Origin: Macrostomum lignano
Lineage: Eukaryota
Reading direction: 5' to 3'
DNA: 64,000 nucleotides
Assembly: GCA_002269645.1 (NCBI GenBank)
Contig: NIVC01000040.1
Coordinates: 868,001-932,000 of the forward strand
The translations under genes and the position numbers were made by a program. This document shows, one piece after another, positions 49,392 through 61,039 of this stretch. How positions within the stretch are numbered: the stretch's first letter is position 1; each line of letters begins with the position of its first letter. The notes beneath the pieces were generated by a model that worked only from the letters and a program-made list of their open reading frames with translations, was not told the DNA's origin and made no database searches.

Positions 49392-49679
49392 CATTTATCT
49401 TCCCTCTGACGCTTTTCATTTCTGTGCATCCAGAAACTTATTGAACACCCCTCATACACACTTAGAGATTCAACTTGTCGCTATAATTGGCATTCAATGT
49501 ACATAATATATATGTAGTTTGTATATGCATGCTTCAATGTACAAGTACATAAATGTAGATACTAATACTCATTTTAATTTTACTCTATGTTTAACCTTGC
49601 CAAGCTCTAATAATTATGTTTGCTTCCTTGCTAAAGCCTAAAATTGGCATTATCACTTCTATAACCCAGGGGAGGCAAC

Positions 49680-50020
49680 AAAGTATGTGGCCATGGATTT
49701 CTCCTTGCTCTACCTGCAGGGACTTAACCAACCCTTGAATCATAACCCCATACAATCTAAGCTAGAGCCGCCAGCCATCCAGCCGCAAGCCATCCAGTAG
49801 CAGGTAGAGCTGGTTGCAAAGCTTATCCTAGCTAAATTGTACACTATTGACGCAGGCCCCTTTGAAGAGCCACAATGGCTGCAAGAGTGTGAGCTCAACC
49901 TGCTAAGGCCTGAGCCCTATCAGTTTCTGACCGAGCTTCAAGGAGAGACGTTTCACCGCATTACAAGTGCCACAAATGGATTTGCTGCACAAGGAAGCCA
50001 AGCTTGTGCCAGTTTAAGCC
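49680..50020 (+). pseudogene. Possible piggyBac transposase C-terminal remnant
   Basis: Broken frames give WP-like, SWLQSLS and YKCHKWICCTRKPSLC segments resembling the piggyBac Cys-rich domain. Heavily degraded. Confidence 0.3.
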
Positions 50021-50594
50021 TCCCTGGTACGTGAGCAAGGAGCCCAAGAGCGTTAATGCAAGTTGTGTTACTAGCAGCTGCAGGAGTCTGCAGAGTGCAA
50101 CTGGGCTAAATATTGAGCTGGTGAATTCTCCTTTCACAGCTTCCTGCTTAGCTGCTTTCACCTAGGTCACATCCTTGGTTTGGCAGTCAAGTGCAAAGCC
50201 ATCAGTGAGTATATATTAAATGTATGTAAGTTCTTGCTTGATTTTAAAAATCAGCCATGGAATTATTCTGTTTAGAAAAAATCATACTTGCAATTGTGCA
50301 ACTTTGAAATTTTACTTAGCTACATTTTTTGCTTAATACTAGCTGGTACTATTAATTCTGCAGTAATTTAAATGTATAGGTCTTAATGCTATTCTCTTTG
50401 TGCTTTGTGAAATTTGTGATTTTTGTGCCTACATATAGCTACAAATTACAGTATTAAATGACTATCTTTATGGGTCGTAACTCTGCCATTGTCTGATCCC
50501 AAGCCCAGAATGTGAAAGGAGGAAGGCGACTAAATTTAGATACATATACATGTATAATGTTTAGTCTTTATCTTTATATAGTTATATAGTCATA

Positions 50595-50882
50595 CAAGCA
50601 TAACCTCCAAAATTTGGTCAGCCATGCAACTTAGTTTTAACAAAAAATGCGACATAGTTTTTGGCCAAAAATGTGACTTACCTGTGAAAAAACCCTATAG
50701 CAAAATTAATGCAACTTTGGGTAAACGGCAGGAGTAACTACGACTGTCTTTTAAGGGCTAAATGCCTTGTCATCTAATTTGTACTATGTCTGTAATCTTT
50801 GGGTGGGCATTTTTGCAACTTACCTTGGTTGGCTGCCAAATCGGTTGACCGGATTGGCCAACTCGGCTGACTGTTGCGCATG
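50595..50882. mobile_element. Short TA-flanked TIR element (CATGCGCAAC family)
   Basis: Right TIR GTTGCGCATG+TA; degenerate left TIR TA+CAAGCATAAC. Internal sequence is shared with 59533-61834. Confidence 0.6.
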
Positions 50883-50966
50883 TATGTATATAGTTCTGTA
50901 GTTGCATGTACCAGTATTCATGTTACATATAGCAAAGTTTTTTATACAAAAAGTGGATAACAAAGT

Positions 50967-51654
50967 GGGTCCATGAGAATTACCCACAGACAAATTGCCT
51001 GCTGAGATTTGCCCGCAGGAGATTTGCCCACCAAGCTTTTCCCGTGGAGATTTGCCTGCAGTGCATTTTGCCTGTGAGCAAATTGCCCGTGGAGATTTGC
51101 CTGCCAAGATTTACCCGCAGTGCAATTTGCCTGCAAGTGAATTGCCCGCAAGCGAATTGCCCGCCGAGTTTTTTCCTGCCCAGGTTTGCCCGCAATGCTT
51201 TTTTTCTGCAGTGCATTTAGCAACGCAGCAGATTTTGTCTGCATTGCCTTTCCAATGCTTAGTACGTGTTAATCTCAATAGAGATTTACACGATCAAAAT
51301 GTTTTGATAGTAACTGTATATCAAATGCATATTTTTTTTGGAGGGAGGGGGGCAATGTAGACAGAATCTAGCTGCCAAATGTGCTGCAGGAAAAAAGCAT
51401 TGAGGGCAAACCTTGGCGGGAAAAAACTTGGCGGGCAACTTGCTTATGGGCAAATTGCACTGCGGGCAAATCTTGGCAGACAATTCTCGGCGGGCAAATC
51501 TCCACGGGCAATTTGCTCACGGGCAAAATGCACTACGGGCAAATCTCCGCAGGAAAAGCTTGGCAGGCAAATCTCCATGGGCAAATCTCGGCAGGCAAAT
51601 CTCCATGGGCAAATCTTGGCAGACAATTCATCTGTGGACATTTCTTGTGCTCCC
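50967..51654. mobile_element. MULE-type MITE with ~290-bp inverted arms
   Basis: Arms at about 50967-51249 and 51352-51654 built of GGGCAAAT motifs; GGG...CCC termini; perfect 9-bp TSD TAACAAAGT (50958-66, 51655-63). Confidence 0.88.
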
Positions 51655-53017
51655 TAACAAAGTGTCTAGGGAGTAGATGATAAAGTGTCTACATTAGTAT
51701 TATGGATAACAAAGCGGTAAAATGACAGTGTCCAATAATAAGAGTGGATATGAAGTGGTTAGATGACAAAGTATCTAGGAACCTTATATATATACCTCAC
51801 AGAATAATTTAGTTTATTACTTATGATTTGAGTACAGTAGGCCTAGGCCTATAACAAAATAACTTTGTTTGATATTTTGTATTTATAGGCTTTTTATTTT
51901 GACGAACTTTTAGGAGCTTTAAAATCTTAGGAGAAGAAGGATTTATAGGAGCAACTATCTTGTCAGTGTGCCATGCAGATAAGTAGAAAATTATTCCCAT
52001 GGCATATGAAGAAGATAGGAGCAGCTGTTTTGTCAGTGTGCCATGCAGATAAGCAGAAAATTATTCCCTTATTTGATCTGCATAATACTATTGGAATAAG
52101 ACAAAAATTATTCCTATGGTACTGTAGGGATAAGCACAGCCTAAGATTATATATCTTTAGGGTATCTATGCAAAATTCAATATCAATTTCTAGGTTTTTC
52201 CAGGTTAAAATAAGTAAAGCTCCAGGTTGCTACCTGGTGGAGCTTTATAAAATGAAACATATGTATGCAGTAATGCAGCAATGTTTCTTGATTTAGTGTT
52301 TCCTACTATAAACTATATATTATATATTTCATAGATTATTTAGATTAGGCCCTATTTATTTCTTGTATTATACTAACTGAAGAACAAAATTAAAAGTATA
52401 AAATAAAAGACTTTTGCTATAAATATACTACTTAATAATAATATAACGATACAGGAGAGATTGTATTTGTAACATACTGACATGGTAGGCCTAGCAACAT
52501 TTTTTAATACCAAAGTTTCTATCACATCATATAGCATTATGGCATCCTATATACTAAAAATGAGTTGTCTGTGGGTATGCGATAGATTTCAGAAAAATTG
52601 GCTCAACCGATTTTCTTCAAACTTGCACCATTCATTCAGAAATTTTCCTGGCACGGTACATGCATCTTGGCTAAGAAATTGCTAAATGCTAAAGGGATTA
52701 AATATTCGAAAAACATGCTTTTTTGCAAAGGTCAAGCAAAATTTTCGACTTAAAATGCATTTTAAGAATGCTAGAGAAAAAACTGACTGGCTGAATTCTG
52801 ATTGTGGTAATGATTGCATCACAACAAGTTCAAAACAGTGCCGAAGAAATGCACACAAGACTTGATTGTAATTGTGTAACCATATTGCTAACTTGAATTG
52901 AGACTGATACTGGCTGACTGAGAAATTGATTATGTCATAACTTTTTACTCTAACCGATTTGCTATAAGAATTTAATTATAAGGGCCACAATTCATGTACT
53001 CCAATTGACAAGAGATA

Positions 53018-53079
53018 GCATAGATGCGAACAGACTGGACTGCTAATGCAGCGACCTGGGTTCGAATCTTAGCTGTGCA
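53018..53079 (+). ncRNA. tRNA-like unit lacking a D-arm (GCT anticodon-like loop) inside the Helitron
   Basis: Acceptor stem GCATAG/CTGTGC; anticodon arm CTGGA-CTGCTAA-TGCAG; T arm CTGGG-TTCGAAT-CTTAG; T7 run at 53086-92. The A box is degraded. Confidence 0.45.
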
Positions 53080-53119
53080 AAAAGATTTTTTTATTCAAAA
53101 ACCTTAAAAACACAAAATG

Positions 53120-56100
53120 CTAAACACAAAAAAGCACAATGTCAAACATTAAAGAGCCACCATATCGAACATTAAAGAGCCACCATGTCGAACATTAAAG
53201 AGCCACCATGTAGAACATTAAAGAGCCACCATGTCGAACATTAAAGAGCCACCATGTCTAACATTAAAGAGCCACCATGTCGAACATATATGTGACTTCA
53301 TGTCAAACATTAAAGAGCCATCATGTCGAACATTAAAGAGCCACCATGTCAAACATTAAAGAGCCACCATGTCAAACATTAAAGAGTCATCATGTCGAAC
53401 ATTAAAGAGCCACCATGTCTAACATTAAAGAGCCACCATGTCGAATATTAAAGAGCCACCATGTCTAACATTAAAGAGCCACCATGTCGAACATTAAAGA
53501 GCCACCATGTCTAACATTAAAGAGCCACCATGTCCAACATACTGTATATGTGACTTCATGTCAAACATTAAAGAGCCACCATGTCTAACATTAAAGAGTC
53601 ACCATGTCTAACATTAAAGAGCCACCATGTCTAACATTAAGGAGCCACCATGTCTAACATTAAAGAGCCACCATTTCAAACATTAAAGAGCCATCATGTC
53701 GAACATTAAAGAGCCACCATGTCAAACATTAAAGAGCCACCATGTCAAACATTAAAGAGCCATCATGTCGAACATTAAAGAGCCACCATGTCTAACATTA
53801 AAGAGCCACCATGTCGAATATTAAAGAGCCACCATGTCTAACATTAAAGAGCCACCATGTCGAACATTAAAGAGCCACCATGTCAAACATTAAAGAGCCA
53901 CCATGTCCAACATATATGTGACTTCATGTCAAACATTAAAGAGCCACCATGTCTAACATTAAAGAGCCACCATGTCAAACATTAAAGAGCCACCATGTCG
54001 AACATTAAAGAGCCACCATGTTGAACATTAAAGAGCCACCATGTCGAACATCAAAGAGCCACCATGTCGAACATAAAAGAGCCACCATGTCAAACATAAA
54101 AGAGCCACCATTTCAAACATTAAAAAGCCATCATTACAGACATTAAGGTGCCACCAGGTCAAACATTAAAGAGCCACCATGTCTAACATTAACCAGTCAC
54201 CATGTCAAGTATATTCGTGACTCCATGTCAAACATCAAAGAGCCATCATGCCAAACATATAAGAGCCACCATGTCGAAAATAAAAAAGCCACCATGTAGA
54301 ACATTAAAGAGCCTTCATGTCAAACATAAAAGAGCCAACACGTCAAACATTAAAGAGGCACCATGTCATGCATTAAAGGACCACCATTTCAAAAATTAAA
54401 GAGCCACCATGTCGAAGATTAAAGAGCCACCATGTCTAACATTAAAGAGCCACCATGTCAAATATTAAAGAGCCACCATTTCAAACATTAAAGAGCCATC
54501 ATTACATTAAGGTGCCACCAGGTCAAACATTAAAGAGCCACCATGTCAAACATTAACGAGTCACCATGTCAAGTATATTCGTGACTCCATGTCGAACATT
54601 AAAGAGCAACCATGTCAAGCATTAAAGAGCCACCATGTCAAACATTAAAGAGCCACCATGTCGAACATTAAAGAGCCACCATGTCAAACATTAAAGAGCC
54701 ACCATGTAGATCATTAAAGAGCCACCATGTCAAACATATACGTGACTACATGTCAAACATATACGTGACTCCCTGTCTAACATTAAAGAGCCACCATGTA
54801 AAACATATACATATGACTACATAACAAACATTAAACAGCCACCATGTCGAACATTAAGGAGCCATCATGTCGAACATAAAAGAGCCACCATGTCAAACAA
54901 TAAAGAGCCACTATGTCAAACATAAAAGAGCCACCATGTAAAGCATATACGTGACTCCATGTCAAACACATACGTGACTCCATGTGAAACATTAAAGAGC
55001 CACCATGTCAAACATTAAAGAGCCACGATGTCGAACATTTAAGAGCAACATGTTAAACATAAAAGAGCCACCATGTCGAAAATTAAAGAGCCACCATTTC
55101 AAGCATAAAATAGCCACTATGTCAAACATTAAAGAGCCACCATGTCAAACATATACGTGACTACATGTCAAACATATACGTGACTCCATGTCAAACATTA
55201 AAGAGCCACCATGTCGAACATTAAACAGTCACCATGTGAAGCATATACGTGACTCCATGCCAAAAACATACATGACTCCATGTCAAACATTAAAGAGCCA
55301 CCATGTCACACATTAAAGAACCACCATGTTGAACATTAAAGAGCCACCATTTCAAGCATAAAAGAGCCACTATGTCAAACATTAAAGAGCCACCATGTCA
55401 AACATATACGTGACTACATGTCAAACATATACGTGACTCCATGTCAAACATTAAAGAGCCACCATGTCGAACATTAAAGAGTCACCATGTAAAGCATATA
55501 CGTGACTCCATGCCAAAAACATACATGACTCCATGTCAAACATTATAGAACATTAAAGAGCCACAATGTAGAACATTAAAGAGTCACCATGTAAAGCATA
55601 TACGTGACTCCATGCCAAAAACATACATGACTCCATGTCAAACATTATAGAACATTAAAGAGCCACAATGTAGAACATTAAAGAGCCATGATGTCAAACA
55701 ATAAAAAGCCATCGTTTCAAACAATAAAGAGCCACAATGTAGAACATTAAAGAGCCACCATGTCGAACATTAAAGAGCCACAATATGTAGAACATTAAAG
55801 AGCCACAATGTCAAACATTAAAGAGCCATCATGTCAAACAATAAAGAGCCACCATGTCGAACAGTAAAGAGCCACCATGTCGAACATTAAAGAGCCACCA
55901 TGTCGAACGTTAAAGAGCCACCATGTCGAACATTAACGAGCCACGATGTCAAACATAAAAGAGCTACCAAGTTAGACATAGAAGAGCCACCATGTGAAAC
56001 ATATATGTGACTCTATGTCAAACATTAAAGAGCCACCGTTTCTAGCATTAAGGAGCCACCATGACAAACATAAAACTGGCACGATGTCAAACATTAAAGA

Positions 56101-56190
56101 GCCACCATGTAGAACATTAAAGAGTCACCATGCCAAACATTAAAAAGCCACCAATTCAAACATAAAATAGCCACCATTTCAAACACAGGA
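53120..56190. repeat. 23-bp satellite (AAACATTAAAGAGCCACCATGTC), about 130 copies
   Basis: Read directly. A variant monomer CATATAYGTGACTYCATGTC recurs, indicating higher-order structure. Confidence 0.95.
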
Positions 56191-56319
56191 GAGACATTTT
56201 CAAACGTAATAAGAAGCGTCATGCCAATCATAAAGGAGCCCCTAGAAAGCTAAAAGGAAATGTTGCACTATATACTTTTTGTCTGGTGGATGCTTGCTAT
56301 TTAAGGATAGATACTTGCT

Positions 56320-56635
56320 ATCAATTGGACGCTTGCTATCTGGGGGTTCTTTCTATCTGGGGTGCTTACTATCTGAGGGATGCTTGCTATCTGGGGGTGC
56401 TTGCTATCTGGAGGTGCTTGCTATCTGGGGGTGCTTGCTATCTGGGGGTGCTTGCTATCTGGGGGTGCTTGCTATCTGGGGGTGCTTGCTATCTGGGGGT
56501 GCTTGCTATCTGGGGGTGCTTGCTATCTGGGGGTGCTTGCTATCTGGGGGTGCTTACTATCTGGGGGTGCTTGCTATCTGGGGGTGCTTGCTATCTGGGG
56601 GTGCTTGCTATCTGGGGATGCTTGCTATCTGGGAG
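56320..56635. repeat. 17/18-bp repeat (ATCTGGGGG(G)TGCTTGCT) inside the Helitron
   Basis: About 17 copies. Confidence 0.9.
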
Positions 56636-56993
56636 GAGGGGGGATGTTTGCTGTCTTGGGATGTTTTCTTTTTGCATTGCGCTTCATTTGAGCAGTTTTT
56701 CTATTGTCTTTGTGAAGACTCTATTTGGCGGGTTTTTTTTTATTTGTAGAGAACAGAAGTTCTATCCAGATGTCCCCCATCGGGGGGCGAAGATTGCTAG
56801 TGCATTACTAAATTATAGTATATTTCCAGTTTCACATTACACAGATCATGGGAAGAATGATAGGCCTAATTCCAGGTTTCCCCTCCCAAATTGGTCCATT
56901 TCCAGGTTTTTTCTTTTGTTTTGGGGCGTTTCCAGGTTTTCCCAGTTTTTTTGCATTTTAAGTTGCGGACACCCTGTTAATATAATTAATACC

Positions 56994-57079
56994 CTGTCGC
57001 CCTTTTGACTGTCGCCCTTTTGACTGTCGCCCTTTTAACTGTCGCACTTTTTATCTGTCGCCCTTTTGATCGGCTGCCC
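56994..57079. mobile_element. Solo MITE terminus with CTGTCGCCCTTTT repeats
   Basis: 5 subterminal repeats ending in GATCGGCTGCCC; the partner end was not found. Confidence 0.5.
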
Positions 57080-57617
57080 TAGGCCCCTAGCCTAGGCTTT
57101 TATATTAGAATTTTATTTTACTTCAGGTCTTGAAGTTGAGGCGACTAATCAAGCCTTCACAGAATCACAAAAAATCCTAACTTGAACAAAATTCGAGCGT
57201 GATCAGCGTGATCGAGCGTCACGTTTTGACTATTCGATTTAAAATCAATAATCTGAATGTTTTGAAATTCTGCGCTTTTGTTGTTAAAGCTTAGACTTCT
57301 AAAGACCTTTTTATTTAAGACTATGCACTTTGTGAGTCTTATATTTTTTACTGAAGCTTGACTGTATTTTGACAGAATTTGACAGAATTTTTTCAGACAT
57401 TTTGTTACTTCTGACATTTTTTCAAACTGTAAAAACCAGCGCCAAGCATTGAATAAAATTAAGCTGACTGACGCTCATCTGACAGTGAGTAATGGTGGGC
57501 CTTCCTTGTCTCCTCACCGATCTATTTTAAGAATGGAGTTAGGCCTATTCTGTATTCTGCTTGGCTGTTGTGTTACAATTACATTGTTTTAATTCTGCTG
57601 TTCAGGTTGTGTCAAAA

Positions 57618-57990
57618 GGAAACAGTCCATTTCGGCGACAAGTCATTTCGGCGACAATACTTTTGAAGTCGTGGAACAAATTTATTTTATTTATATATTT
57701 TTTTACTTTTATTTAAATCGAATAAAAGAAGTCACAAATCCGTCAAATCGGCAGAAGCGCGGAACAAATCGGCAACAAATGTAAGTAAAAGATTAAAAGT
57801 AAGATTAAAAGTAAAAGACTTTTATTTAAATCGAATAAAAGAAGTCACAAAACATACTCAATAAGCAAACACTATCAGATCCATTATTACTGCGGTTTCG
57901 ATGTTTGTCGCCGAAGTGGTTGTCGCCGAAATGACTTGTCGCCAAAATGGTTGTCGCCGAAATGACTTGTCGCCGAAATAGACCGGATTC
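57618..57990. mobile_element. MITE with ATTTCGGCGACAAGTC subterminal inverted repeats
   Basis: Left CAGTCCATTTCGGCGACAAGTCATTTCGGCGACAA is inverted at 57905-57985. Flanking direct repeat TGTCAAAA (57610-17, 57991-98). Confidence 0.75.
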
Positions 57991-60119
57991 TGTCAAAACT
58001 ATCAATGTCGTTTTGACTCGTTTCTTTGCATTTCTTTGCATTTTTGGATTTCATAGTTTTAGGCCTAACTGCGAAGCCAAAAACTTTAACATTTTTACTT
58101 TTACTTAAGAAAAAATTGATTTGGAAATGGAAATTGGTCAAACATCAGATAAGCCTAGGGTCTATTAAAAACAATGTTTTTTAATTCTTTCAATGGGCCA
58201 TTGATTGTTAAATATTGAATTTTAAAGGCTTAATACAATAATATGTTAGGTCTAGGTCTACTATTGTACTAAGGTCTAGCCTAGTCTAACTTCTAAATTT
58301 GTTTCTTTTAAGTTTTTGTCATTAAATTTTGTGTACCTACCTTTTTATATAATATCTTTTTATTGCGATTGTGTTATTGTTAGTAATTAGTTAGTAGGAG
58401 GGGCCTAGCCTAGGCTAAAAAAATAAAGTAAAAAATTTTAACTTTTGATTTTTTATTCTACGCCCCTATCTAAAAGTAAAAATCATCTTTGATTTTAATT
58501 AAAAATCTATTTGGATCTATTTCTATTTAGCATAGGCCCTGGTTTAAAAAAAATTGCTGATTACAAGCCTAGGCCCTAAAATTATAAAATGTGATTTGCA
58601 AATAAATTTTGTCTTGTCTTTTTGTATGCTAATAGAATGGTGAACTAATCTTAAACTATTTGAATTTTTTTTTAATTTTGAATTTAGGAAGTCTTTTATC
58701 TTTGCTAAACCTATTATAACATTTTGAAATTAATAGTTGCTATTGAAGAAAAAGGTTTCTAAAATGGAAAATTTTTTATAGACACCTTTTTATTTGTTGC
58801 TATAATATATTAAATTGTCATAGTTTTATTGATAAAACAATTATATTATAAGCCTAATCAAATATAAAAACAGAATTCAAAATAAATCAAATGATAGTAT
58901 TTTAAAATATAATAATTAATCCACATATTTTGACATTAATTAAATGTTTTCTAAATAAGATTCTTAAGGACATTAAAAAGTATATAAAGTATACTAAATT
59001 AATTTTTGCTTACATATTATTCACTATTACTAGAGCCATTTCTATATGGCGAAATCCAAAAACGTGGGATAAAACGGTAAAACAAATCTGTGGACATTCG
59101 ATAGAAAGTAATGTATCTAAAAAAGGTTTTTGAAAGATAGATAGGTCTTTAGAAAATAGTTCTGGATAAAAACTATTGTTTTCATGTTTTATATTATTGA
59201 ATAAATAAGAAAAAACCACAAAAAAAGCATTTTGAAAGTCCAAGTTGACCGATTAGCAATTTTTTGTTTCACTTTTTTTCATTATTAAACAATTAATTTT
59301 AAGACTTGTTGGCCTTAGAGAAGGCTAATTTTTTTACTACTTACAAAACAGAAAGTAATCTGTGTTTTACTTTTTATTCTATTCAAATAATAAGAAAAGA
59401 AACTAAGAAAAGAAACTAAAAAGAAACCATTTTTGCTCCACCTATTATTTTAATTATCATAATTACAAATTTATCTAAGCAAAAAGTCTAAATATTAATA
59501 TCATAGGGCTTCTTATATTCTTATGATACATACATGCGCAACTTCTGAAATTACGCTGGCTGTGTGACTTAGTTTTTGATAAAAAATGCAACTTACCTAT
59601 GAAAGAACCAAGCAAAAACTTTAGGTAAACGGCAAGAGTAACTATGAGCATATTTTTAAAGCTAAATGCCTCGCCAGCTAATTAGTGCTGCGTGCAGATT
59701 CCACGTTTTTATAACAGCTAATCAGTATGTCATCTAGTGGCGGCATGAAGCAATTAGTAAATTGTCAGTACAGTGTAGTGAGCACACTACAAAAGTCATG
59801 ATTCATGTTCATGAATGTCCAGAAGTAAGTGAAGTGAATACAGTGTGACCTATAGCTCAAGAACGATTTGCTAGACGATTCGGCATTGAAGATGAGAGCC
59901 CTGATTCAGATGGCTCATCAGATGCGAAATACGAATCCAGTAGAGATACAAGCTGTGAAAACCCACAGATTTTTAAACCACTGAATTCTAATTCCCGGAA
60001 CTATTTTTGCATAGATTCTAAATTTGAAGTCATGCTCAAACAAAAACTTGTTAACAGTTAGGAAAAAGGCAAAGATGGGAGTAATGCATATTAAACTAAG
60101 ATTTGAGGCCTTTGCAAAT

Positions 60120-60790
60120 TCTCTCCATTCCTCAATCTTCTCATCCTCTTTCTTTTCTCTCTCATCCCTTATCCCTTCTCTCTTTCCTCTCCTCTCTCCT
60201 CTCCTCTCTTTCCTCTCCTCTCCTATCTTTTCTGTCTCCTCTACATTCTTATCTCTCCTCTCGTCTCTCTCCATTCCACTCTACTCTCTCATCTTATCTT
60301 CCCTCTCATCTCTCTCCACTCTACTCTCTCATCTTATCTCTCCTCTCTTTTCTACTCTCTCATCTCTCCTCTCTTCACTCTCCTCTCATCTCCTCTATCC
60401 TCTCTTCTCTCATCTACTCTCTCCTCTTTCCTCTTTCCTCTCTTCTGATCTCATCCATCATCTTTTCTTTCCTCTTTCCTCTCATCTCCTCTTCTCTCTC
60501 ATCTCTTTTTCCTCCCTCAGCTTTTCTCTCCTCTTCTATCTCTTCCACCATCGCATTGCTCGCCTCTCCTCGTTTGCTTATCTCTAATCTTCTATTCCCT
60601 CTACTTTGAAGTAAGAAAATATGCACATATTTTTGTTGAAGATAAGAGGAGAGAAGAGGGCATTGAGGAGAAAGGGTAGAGAGAAAAGGGGAGAAGAGAG
60701 GAGAGTAAAAATGAGAGGAGAGAGAAGAGGGAAAAGGGGGGAGAGAGAGAAGAGGGGAGGCAAGGTAGAGAAGAAGAGAGAGATGAGAGT
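60120..60790. repeat. CT-rich then GA-rich low-complexity tract
   Basis: Polypyrimidine to about 60600, then polypurine on the same strand. Confidence 0.85.
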
Positions 60791-60849
60791 TGAAGAGACA
60801 CCAACCTTGCTATGAGTAGTTAGTAAGTTAGGAAGTTTCAAAGAACCCG

Positions 60850-60902
60850 AGGGGCAAGGGCCAGATAGAGGGGCTTCGCGAGCCGGAGTTTGCCAACCCC
60901 TG
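60850..60902. mobile_element. hAT-Charlie terminus
   Basis: Reverse complement CAGGGGTTGGCAAACTCCGGCTCGCGAAGCC, followed on + by CTCCAGAG (Charlie-like target). Confidence 0.55.
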
Positions 60903-61039
60903 CTCCAGAGTTTAAGAAATCAATGGGAAACTGTTGACGCGGGCTTCTGATTTCAAAGATCTTGTCTGTTGTTGAAGGCTTCTATTCTGTTTTTGCTCTC
61001 CTGCCACACTTGCACCTACTACCCCCTGATTGCCTCTGA

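Larger units (their letters stand above)
47182..49454 (+). mobile_element. Mariner (Tc1/mariner, DD34D-type) transposon, about 1308 bp without the nested insert
   Basis: 26-bp TIR TGAGGGG(CA/TG)TTCAATAAGTTTCTGGA at both ends, flanked by TA (47180-81, 49455-56); contains a transposase pseudogene. Confidence 0.92.
46943..51783. mobile_element. MULE-like TIR element hosting further insertions
   Basis: 33-bp TIR GGTTC(T/C)T(G/A)GA(C/T)ACTTTGTCATCTAACCACTTCAT. 9-bp TSD CTATACATA / TTATATATA. GATGACAAAGTG subterminal repeats. Confidence 0.7.
46553..52162. mobile_element. Foldback element (about 0.75 kb originally) split by nested insertions
   Basis: 46553-46940 (with a ~120-bp unit x3) is the inverted homologue of 51960-52162. 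The interrupted unit resumes at 51793 (TACCTCACAGAATAATTTAG). Confidence 0.6.
52545..56800 (+). mobile_element. Non-autonomous Helitron, 4256 bp, carrying satellite cargo
   Basis: 5' A|TCCTATATACTAAAAATGAG..GGCTCAACCGATTTTCTTCAAACTT (typical Helitron 5' end). 3' hairpin CCCCCATCGGGGG followed by CTAG|T. Inserted between A and T, no TSD. Confidence 0.75.

Noticed and set aside
53120-56190. GCCACCATG (vertebrate Kozak consensus) in nearly every satellite unit
   Set aside because: It opens only ~19-codon frames, there is no evidence of an mRNA, and the vertebrate consensus need not apply; likely coincidence.
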